Sequence record: MT185428 | Direction: 5' to 3' (one strand) | DNA from: Escherichia phage EC6098 | DNA: 4,526 bases | Part shown: positions 1 through 4,526 of the stretch, in pieces | Layout of the letters: every line of letters begins with the position of its first letter | How positions within the stretch are numbered: the first letter of the stretch is position 1 | Made by a program: the position numbers and the translations under genes | Notes under the pieces: model-generated | What the model saw: only the letters and a program-made list of their open reading frames with translations | What the model was told of the DNA's origin: nothing | The model's database searches: none

Positions 1-1
1 C

Positions 2-29
2 GTTAAACTAAATATACATTATGCGCACT
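2..29 (-). other. dif-like XerC/XerD recombination motif (candidate attachment site), reverse orientation relative to canonical E. coli dif
   Basis: Plus strand 2-29 is GTTAAACTAAATATACATTATGCGCACT. The reverse complement of E. coli dif (GGTGCGCATAA-TGTATA-TTATGTTAAAT, recalled from memory) is ATTTAACATAATATACATTATGCGCACC. By hand alignment: XerC arm 10/11, central hexamer 6/6, XerD arm 7/11, total 23/28. Confidence 0.5.
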
Positions 30-41
30 AAGGTGCGCATA
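20..41. repeat. Perfect 9-bp inverted repeat TATGCGCAC-(TAAG)-GTGCGCATA; duplicates the XerC-arm-like sequence in inverted orientation
   Basis: Positions 20-28 (TATGCGCAC) are the exact reverse complement of 33-41 (GTGCGCATA), with a 4-nt spacer. The repeat overlaps the dif-like motif and lies just upstream of the Rep ribosome-binding site. Confidence 0.9.
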
Positions 42-62
42 TGCGTATTCTGGAGGTGTGTC

Positions 63-926
63 ATGGCTTGTACCCGTCCTTTGAACGCGTACCAGATGCC
101 ATCGGGGAAGATTTTTTTCACGCCGTCACGTGGCGCTAAATTCATTCAGTTGCCCTGCGGTCAGTGCATCGGTTGCCGTCTTGCTCATTCTCGTGACTGG
201 GCGACCCGCTGCGTTCATGAAGCCCACATGCACGATCACAATTGTTTTATCACCCTGACTTATTCGCCTGAGAATTTACCTGAAGGCGGTACTCTCGTTC
301 GTAAACATTTCACCGATTTTATGAAGCGTTTGCGTAAGGCTTTGGCTGTTGATGATATTTCGATTCGTTTTTTTGGCTGTGGTGAATATGGCTCTAAATT
401 AGAGCGACCGCATTATCACGCGATTATTTTTGGATATGACTTTCCGGATAAGACATTACACAAGGCTGGAAGATTTAATTTATATAGGTCTTCGCTTCTT
501 GAAAGATGTTGGACTTTTGGTTGGTCTGTTGTTGCTGCTTTTAGTTTTGAGTCGGCTGCTTACGTGGCGCGATACTGTGTTAAAAAAGTCACCGGTTCCC
601 GTGCAGATGAGCATTATGGACATCGCATACCCGAGTTTTCGGCTATGAGCAACAGGCCTGGTATTGGCTATGATTTTTTTATGGAATATTACGATGACAT
701 AGTTAATTCAGATGCGTGTATTGGTCGCGGCGGTCGTCAGATAAAACCGCCCCGCTATTATGACAAGTTATTATCAGGCTGTGATTTTGAGAAGTTGCAG
801 CAAAATAAAGAACGCCGACAGTTAAATGCCCAGGTATTAGACCCGTGGCGTTTGCAGGATTTGGATAAATTTAATCTGGTTAAATTCCAGCGAATGATGA
901 GGAAATTAGAAAATGGCTCACTCTGA
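63..926 (+). CDS. VP4: Rolling-circle replication initiation protein (HUH endonuclease, Microviridae VP4 / phiX174 gpA-like)
   Basis: Carries the three rolling-circle motifs: FITLTY (motif 1), HYHAIIFG (HUH motif 2) and YVARYCVKK (motif 3, two tyrosines spaced like the phiX174 gpA catalytic pair, YVAKYVNKK as recalled). Cys-rich N-terminal segment CGQCIGC...C...HEAHMHDHNC. Start chosen at ATG 63 because GGAGG at 52-56 lies 6 nt upstream. The track's ATG at 21 has no Shine-Dalgarno sequence and sits inside the palindrome, so it is less likely. Confidence 0.9.
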   Translation: MACTRPLNAYQMPSGKIFFTPSRGAKFIQLPCGQCIGCRLAHSRDWATRCVHEAHMHDHNCFITLTYSPENLPEGGTLVRKHFTDFMKRLRKALAVDDISIRFFGCGEYGSKLERPHYHAIIFGYDFPDKTLHKAGRFNLYRSSLLERCWTFGWSVVAAFSFESAAYVARYCVKKVTGSRADEHYGHRIPEFSAMSNRPGIGYDFFMEYYDDIVNSDACIGRGGRQIKPPRYYDKLLSGCDFEKLQQNKERRQLNAQVLDPWRLQDLDKFNLVKFQRMMRKLENGSL

Positions 927-1182
927 TGCAGTTTATGTAATTCACGACAAGCTGATTAATGCTGATGTTTTTATGTTTATGGCCCAGCATGACGGTATTG
1001 CGAAAGGACATTTGCACGCGTTTTGTAACCGTATGCAGCGCACTGATTTTTCGTTGCACCGCGTGACTGCTTATGATTTTGCTGACCAGCAGCTGGTTCC
1101 GGTCGATATTGACCGTGTTTATGTTTGTGAAGCTACTCCGGCGTTCCTGAAGGATTCTGAAGATGCGTACATCGAAGCCTAA
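913..1182 (+). CDS. VP5: Small protein downstream of Rep, VP5-like (possible ssDNA synthesis/packaging accessory protein); function not established
   Basis: 89-aa ORF whose start overlaps the Rep stop by 14 nt (ATG 913, Rep stop 924-926). Same strand and syntenic with gokushovirus VP5. Purine-rich GAGGA about 10 nt upstream. Assignment rests on position and size, not on a recognised motif. Confidence 0.55.
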   Translation: MAHSDAVYVIHDKLINADVFMFMAQHDGIAKGHLHAFCNRMQRTDFSLHRVTAYDFADQQLVPVDIDRVYVCEATPAFLKDSEDAYIEA

Positions 1183-1660
1183 GTTCCATACCCGCTATAA
1201 CCCGCCACCGTCGCCCGGCATCGTGTTTGAAGAACCGACGATGACCCAGCAGCATTTTCGCGACGAGTGCGACATTAACAAGATTGTTGAGCGTGCGATA
1301 AGAACGGGAGACACGACAGTCTTTACCAGTGCTCAACGTGCTGAATTCTACGATGCATCCGCGATTACTGATTACGTGGACGCAATGGCTTTAATTGACG
1401 ACGTTCACGACGACTTTAAGAGCCTGCCGTCCACGATTCGCTCGATGTTTGGTAATAACGTTAAACAGTACGTTGAGTGGATGAGTAATCCAGCAAACTG
1501 GAATCAAGCGCGTGAGCTTGGATTGTTGAGCGGCGGAGAGGTTTCGGCGACCGAACCGAAGGTTCGCGAGTCGGAACCTGCTCCGGCGTCCCCGCGGGAG
1601 CGTTCCGGTGCTGAAATGAATAAAGCACCAGATGCAGGTTCCGAACCTGCCAAAACCTGA
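1163..1660 (+). CDS. VP3: Internal scaffolding-like protein (VP3-like), acidic
   Basis: 165-aa ORF immediately upstream of the capsid gene, overlapping the VP5-like ORF by 20 nt. Acidic, D/E-rich core (DECDINKIVERAIRTGD...DYVDAMALIDDVHDDF) resembling gokushovirus VP3 as recalled. The C-terminal 45 aa are Pro/Ser/Glu-rich and probably disordered. Start is uncertain: an in-frame ATG at 1241 (MTQQHF...) is an alternative. Confidence 0.7.
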   Translation: MRTSKPKFHTRYNPPPSPGIVFEEPTMTQQHFRDECDINKIVERAIRTGDTTVFTSAQRAEFYDASAITDYVDAMALIDDVHDDFKSLPSTIRSMFGNNVKQYVEWMSNPANWNQARELGLLSGGEVSATEPKVRESEPAPASPRERSGAEMNKAPDAGSEPAKT

Positions 1661-1680
1661 AGACGGCTCCGGCCCTTCAG

Positions 1681-1717
1681 CCTGGCACAGCGCCCTACTT
1701 GATGTAACTGTGCCAGG
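1681..1717. repeat. Intergenic hairpin: 10-bp perfect inverted repeat (CCTGGCACAG / CTGTGCCAGG) with a 17-nt loop containing ACTTGAT
   Basis: Positions 1681-1690 are the reverse complement of 1708-1717. Loop 1691-1707 is CGCCCTACTTGATGTAA. Lies in the 157-nt VP3-VP1 intergenic region. No T-tract follows, so it is not an intrinsic terminator. Confidence 0.85.
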
Positions 1718-1729
1718 TGACACCGAAAC

Positions 1730-1757
1730 TTACAGGCGGCTCCCACGAAGCCTGTAA
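1730..1757. repeat. Second intergenic hairpin: 8-bp stem (TTACAGGC / GCCTGTAA) with a 12-nt loop
   Basis: Positions 1730-1737 are the reverse complement of 1750-1757. Followed by AAA rather than a T-tract, so not a classical terminator on either strand. Confidence 0.8.
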
Positions 1758-1759
1758 AA

Positions 1760-1817
1760 AGGTGTCAGTTTATACAGTAGTTTGTATAGTATTTAAACAA
1801 TTCCCTGAGGGGGGTTT
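1760..1817 (+). promoter_or_regulatory. AT-rich leader of the capsid gene with a candidate -10 element (TATAGT, 1785-1790) and G-rich Shine-Dalgarno sequence (GAGGGGGG, 1807-1814)
   Basis: TATAGT matches TATAAT at 5/6 and is preceded by TG at 1783-1784. No convincing -35 hexamer at 17-bp spacing. The Shine-Dalgarno core lies 3-7 nt upstream of ATG 1818. Confidence 0.3.
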
Positions 1818-3518
1818 ATGAGTAAATTCGGTCGTAAAGTACCTAGTAATGCAAAAAGTCAGCATAATTTTTCAGTAATCCCGAGTGCCAATATTCAGCG
1901 TTCGGTCTTTAACCGCAGCTCTGGTTATAAAACCACTTTTGACGCTGGTTATTTGATTCCCGTGTTTCTGGATGAGGCTTTGCCGGGTGATACGTTCCAC
2001 CTGAAAACGTCCGTACTGGCGCGTTTATCCACGCCAGTGGTGCCGTTTATGGATAACCTGCGACTGGACATCCAGTATTTTTCCGTGCCCTACCGTCTGG
2101 TCTGGGATAACTGGCAGAAGTTCAACGGTGAGCAGAAGAATCCAGGCGATTCGACGGATTACCTTATCCCGCAGATTAAAGCCCCTGCAGGCGGCTTCCC
2201 TGTAGGCTCCCTTGCCGATTATTTTGGTGTTCCCACAGGTGTGGAGAATATCAGTGTAAGCGCTCTGCCGTTCCGCGCTTATAACCTGATTTATAACGAG
2301 TGGTATCGTGATGAAAACCTGATTAATTCCGCCCCGCTTCCGCTTGGCGATGAGGAAGAAACAGGCCTCGCCAATTTCCCGCTGCGTAAGCGTGCCAAGC
2401 GTCACGATTACTTCACAAGTGCCCTGCCGTGGCCTCAGAAAGGTGAAGGCGTTGAGATTGGTTTAGGCGTTCCGCCGTCGTATACGCTGGAGTACCCTTA
2501 TTACAAGGAAGGTATGGGATTTATTTCGTCTAACTATGGTGCGTCTGGAAATATTGGTCGTACTTTTCCGACGTATATTGCTCGTAGTAGTGTTGGTGAT
2601 GATTCTTCATCTAACATTGGTAATGCTGCTTATTTTTCCGAAGGCCTGGAGAATGGTATTAATTTTCCGAATGCTCCGGCTCGTGGTCGCTATGATGTGC
2701 TTGGTGGTTTTGACCCCAATACACCTCCGGTTACGTTGAAGAAAGAAGGTGGTGAAGTTGTTGATAACCTCACGATTAACTCGCTGCGTCAGGCGTTCCA
2801 GCTTCAGCGGCTGCTTGAGCGTGATGCTCGCGGTGGTACGCGATACATTGAGATTATTCGCAGTCATTTTGGCGTCATTTCTCCTGATGCCCGTGTTCAG
2901 CGTCCTGAGTATCTTGGCTCTGGTTCGTTCGATATAAATATTAATCCCGTTCTTCAAAACTCCGCGACTACCGACGCCAGTCCGCAAGGTAACCTTGCCG
3001 CTTATGGCGTTTCAGGAGGTGTTAACCGTGGTTTTTCTCACTCTTTTGTTGAGCATTGCTTTGTTATTGGCCTTGTCTCCGTTCGAGCAGATTTGACCTA
3101 CCAGCAAGGCATTCCGCGCATGTTCTCCCGTCAGACCCGCTTTGATTTCTACTGGCCTGCACTGGCCCACCTGGGCGAACAGGCTATTCTTAACAAAGAG
3201 ATTTATGCGCAAGGTAACGCCAAGGATGATGAAGTCTTTGGCTACCAGGAACGTTATGCGGAGTACCGCTACCGACCGTCCCAGATTACTGGTAAATTGC
3301 GTTCTACCGACCCGCAATCCCTCGACGTGTGGCATTTAGCCCAGCGGTTCGACTCTCTGCCCGCACTGAATCAGGAGTTTATCGAGGAGAATCCACCGAT
3401 GAAGCGCGTTCTCGCCGTACAGGACGAACCCCAGTTCATCATGGATGCGTTCTTTGACCTGAAGTGTGTGCGGCCTATGCCTGTTTACTCAGTACCAGGT
3501 CTTATTGACCATTTCTAA
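1818..3518 (+). CDS. VP1: Major capsid protein (Microviridae VP1 / F-like)
   Basis: 566-aa ORF with strong Shine-Dalgarno sequence. N-terminus MSKFGRK...FSVIPSANIQRSVFNRS...FDAGYLIPVF and the central block LRQAFQLQRLLERDARGGTRYIEIIRSHFGV are characteristic of Microviridae capsid proteins as recalled. A Gly/Ser/Asn-rich insertion at roughly aa 210-315 is consistent with the gokushovirus surface loop. Confidence 0.95.
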   Translation: MSKFGRKVPSNAKSQHNFSVIPSANIQRSVFNRSSGYKTTFDAGYLIPVFLDEALPGDTFHLKTSVLARLSTPVVPFMDNLRLDIQYFSVPYRLVWDNWQKFNGEQKNPGDSTDYLIPQIKAPAGGFPVGSLADYFGVPTGVENISVSALPFRAYNLIYNEWYRDENLINSAPLPLGDEEETGLANFPLRKRAKRHDYFTSALPWPQKGEGVEIGLGVPPSYTLEYPYYKEGMGFISSNYGASGNIGRTFPTYIARSSVGDDSSSNIGNAAYFSEGLENGINFPNAPARGRYDVLGGFDPNTPPVTLKKEGGEVVDNLTINSLRQAFQLQRLLERDARGGTRYIEIIRSHFGVISPDARVQRPEYLGSGSFDININPVLQNSATTDASPQGNLAAYGVSGGVNRGFSHSFVEHCFVIGLVSVRADLTYQQGIPRMFSRQTRFDFYWPALAHLGEQAILNKEIYAQGNAKDDEVFGYQERYAEYRYRPSQITGKLRSTDPQSLDVWHLAQRFDSLPALNQEFIEENPPMKRVLAVQDEPQFIMDAFFDLKCVRPMPVYSVPGLIDHF

Positions 3519-3535
3519 GTTACATTGTCACTTTT

Positions 3536-3558
3536 GGCCTCTGCGGAGGCCTTTTTTT
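3536..3558 (+). terminator. Rho-independent terminator between the capsid and pilot genes
   Basis: GGCCTC-(TGCG)-GAGGCC forms a perfect 6-bp GC-rich stem (3536-3541 / 3546-3551) with a 4-nt loop, followed by seven T residues (3552-3558). Begins 18 nt after the capsid stop codon (3516-3518). Confidence 0.8.
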
Positions 3559-3572
3559 CATGAGGTGAAATT

Positions 3573-4352
3573 ATGGGCTTTTTATCATCTGCCGTTGGTG
3601 CTGTTGGTTCCATTGCCGGTTCTCTTCTCGGTGCCCACTCTGCCCAGCAGAACGCCGCACAGGCGAACAAGTTAACGATGGATTTGGCCAAAAACGGTAT
3701 GCAGTACCGCGTACAGGATTTGCGAAAAGCTGGTCTTAACCCGATTCTGGCCGTTACTGGTTCCGGTGGTCTTGGTTCCGTCAGTTCGTCAGGTATTCAG
3801 GCCGCCCAGCCTGCCGATTTCTCAGGAGTGGTTAATTCTGCGGTTAGCGTATTTGACGCCTTAACGCGCCGTCAGCAGCAGGAAGTTGCCCGTGAAGGCA
3901 TCATGTCTCAGATTGCGTTACAACGTAACCAGATTGCGAATAGCGCGGCTGATGTGAAGCTTAAAGAGGCTCAGGCTGCCCAGGCTATCCAGAGTGCCGA
4001 TAACATGCGATCGCAGTCGAATCTGATTAATCAGCAGGTTTTGACCGAGGCTTCCCGCCGTGCCAATATTGAATCTCAGACAGGCCTTAATTCTGCACAG
4101 CGGATTAGAACACAGTATCAAACTATGCAGGATAAGGTTATTCATGACTATTTACAGACTGATGCCGGTAAGGCTTCTACGGTAGGTTCTTATGATGCAA
4201 AATCTGGCGGGCTTCCAGCTCTTGGTAATTATATTTTTGGTGCTGGCGCTCGTTTCTTTGGTGATAAAAGTTCTGCGAAAGCGGTAAGCAAGGGGGGACG
4301 CCTCCCCCCTAACCAGTTCCAGCAGCAATTGATTAACAACTATAGGAGGTAA
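3573..4352 (+). CDS. VP2: DNA pilot / minor capsid protein (VP2-like, functional analogue of phiX174 H)
   Basis: 259-aa ORF with Shine-Dalgarno GAGGTG (3562-3567) 5 nt upstream. Gly/Ala/Ser-rich hydrophobic N-terminus (MGFLSSAVGAVGSIAGSLLGA) followed by a long Gln/Ala-rich, probably coiled-coil segment. Sits directly after the capsid gene, as in gokushoviruses. Confidence 0.75.
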   Translation: MGFLSSAVGAVGSIAGSLLGAHSAQQNAAQANKLTMDLAKNGMQYRVQDLRKAGLNPILAVTGSGGLGSVSSSGIQAAQPADFSGVVNSAVSVFDALTRRQQQEVAREGIMSQIALQRNQIANSAADVKLKEAQAAQAIQSADNMRSQSNLINQQVLTEASRRANIESQTGLNSAQRIRTQYQTMQDKVIHDYLQTDAGKASTVGSYDAKSGGLPALGNYIFGAGARFFGDKSSAKAVSKGGRLPPNQFQQQLINNYRR

Positions 4353-4354
4353 TT

Positions 4355-4474
4355 ATGGCTCGTTCTCGCCGTCGTATGTCTAAGCGTTCTTCCCGTCGTT
4401 CGTTCCGTAAGTACGCAAAGACGCATAAACGTAACTTTAAAGCCCGCTCCATGCGTGGCGGCATTCGTCTTTGA
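4355..4474 (+). CDS. Small arginine-rich DNA-binding/packaging protein (phiX174 J-like; gokushovirus small basic ORF)
   Basis: Hand translation gives MARSRRRMSKRSSRRSFRKYAKTHKRNFKARSMRGGIRL (39 aa, roughly 45 percent Arg/Lys), ending at TGA 4472-4474. Consensus AGGAGG at 4344-4349 lies 5 nt upstream of ATG 4355. The start is 2 nt past the VP2 stop codon. Not in the supplied ORF track, presumably because of a length cutoff. Confidence 0.75.
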   Translation: MARSRRRMSKRSSRRSFRKYAKTHKRNFKARSMRGGIRL

Positions 4475-4504
4475 TTGACAAAGTTGATCGTAACGATCTA
4501 TGAT
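4475..4504 (+). promoter_or_regulatory. Candidate sigma70 promoter reading rightward across the window end (toward Rep if the genome is circular)
   Basis: Perfect -35 TTGACA at 4475-4480, an 18-bp spacer, then -10 TATGAT at 4499-4504 (5/6 to TATAAT). Predicted transcription start near 4511. Located immediately after the small basic ORF stop codon. Confidence 0.5.
4486..4498. repeat. Short palindrome GATCG-TAA-CGATC containing two GATC (Dam) sites, within the promoter spacer
   Basis: Positions 4486-4490 (GATCG) are the reverse complement of 4494-4498 (CGATC). Lies between the -35 and -10 elements of the candidate promoter. Confidence 0.6.
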
Positions 4505-4526
4505 AATTATCGTAAGTCGTTGTTTT

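Larger units (their letters stand above)
1..4526 (+). mobile_element. Gokushovirus-like (Microviridae) ssDNA phage genome with a full gene set; either a linearised circular genome or a dif-integrated prophage
   Basis: Six co-oriented, tightly packed or overlapping genes in the order Rep - small protein - acidic scaffold-like - approx. 566-aa capsid - pilot - small basic protein. Total length about 4.5 kb. Capsid and Rep carry recognisable Microviridae motifs. A dif-like site sits at the left end. Confidence 0.85.

Noticed and set aside
21-62. ORF-track start of Rep at ATG 21 (N-terminal extension MRTKVRICVFWRCV)
   Set aside because: ATG 21 lies inside the 9-bp palindrome and dif-like motif and has no Shine-Dalgarno sequence. 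ATG 63 has GGAGG 6 nt upstream and begins with MACTRPLNAY. The 21-62 extension is most likely untranslated leader.
1133-1336. Minus-strand ORF, 67 aa
   Set aside because: Antisense to the VP5/VP3 junction; no ribosome-binding site; Arg-rich composition typical of antisense reading of a coding region. Microviridae encode all genes on one strand.
1391-1746. Two overlapping minus-strand ORFs (110 aa and 80 aa) antisense to the VP3 3' end and the intergenic hairpins
   Set aside because: They lie in the GC-richest part of the genome, where long antisense ORFs arise by chance. No start context. Their sequences are low-complexity Arg/Ser/Gly-rich.
1730-1757. Second intergenic hairpin considered as a transcription terminator
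   Set aside because: The stem is followed by AAA on the + strand and preceded by a T-run only in the antisense sense, so it does not have intrinsic-terminator geometry on either strand. Kept only as a structural repeat.
2536-2937. Hydrophobic alternative-frame + strand ORFs inside the capsid gene (2536-2739, 67 aa; 2749-2937, 62 aa)
   Set aside because: The Leu/Val-rich translations follow from reading the T-rich capsid codons out of frame. Neither has a ribosome-binding site. Their abundance argues they are compositional artefacts, not overprinted genes.
2025-3335. Three minus-strand ORFs (2025-2405, 2607-2987, 3012-3335) inside the capsid gene
   Set aside because: All are antisense to the well-supported capsid CDS, lack Shine-Dalgarno sequences and show no recognisable domain features. 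Treated as spurious.
3466-3675. + strand ORF of 69 aa spanning the capsid 3' end, the terminator and the pilot gene start
   Set aside because: It would have to be translated through the intrinsic terminator and across two genes in another frame. No ribosome-binding site. Rejected as a chance ORF.
1-4526. Search for tRNA, rRNA, CRISPR repeats, integrase or transposase genes
   Set aside because: No periodic direct repeats with spacers, no cloverleaf-like candidates and no ORF with recombinase-like motifs were seen. Integration, if real, would rely on host XerCD rather than a phage-encoded integrase.

Overview
The window (4526 nt) reads as an essentially complete genome of a small ssDNA phage of the family Microviridae, gokushovirus-like in organisation. 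All six supported genes lie on the + strand in the order: rolling-circle replication initiator (VP4-like), small VP5-like protein, acidic scaffolding-like protein (VP3-like), major capsid protein (VP1-like), DNA pilot protein (VP2-like), and a 39-aa arginine-rich DNA-binding protein that is absent from the supplied ORF track. Non-coding signals include a strong intrinsic terminator between the capsid and pilot genes, two hairpins in the 157-nt VP3-VP1 intergenic region (one with a phiX174-origin-like ACTTGAT heptamer in its loop), and a near-consensus sigma70 promoter at the 3' end that points across the window boundary toward the Rep gene. The most notable feature is a 28-nt motif at positions 2-29 matching the reverse complement of the E. 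coli dif site at 23/28 positions (as recalled from memory), fused to a perfect 9-bp palindrome. This suggests a temperate, XerC/XerD-dependent lifestyle in an enterobacterial host. All minus-strand ORFs and the hydrophobic alternative-frame ORFs look like by-products of the T-rich coding strand. No tRNA, rRNA, CRISPR array or transposase is evident. All homology statements are from memory of protein families; no database search was run.
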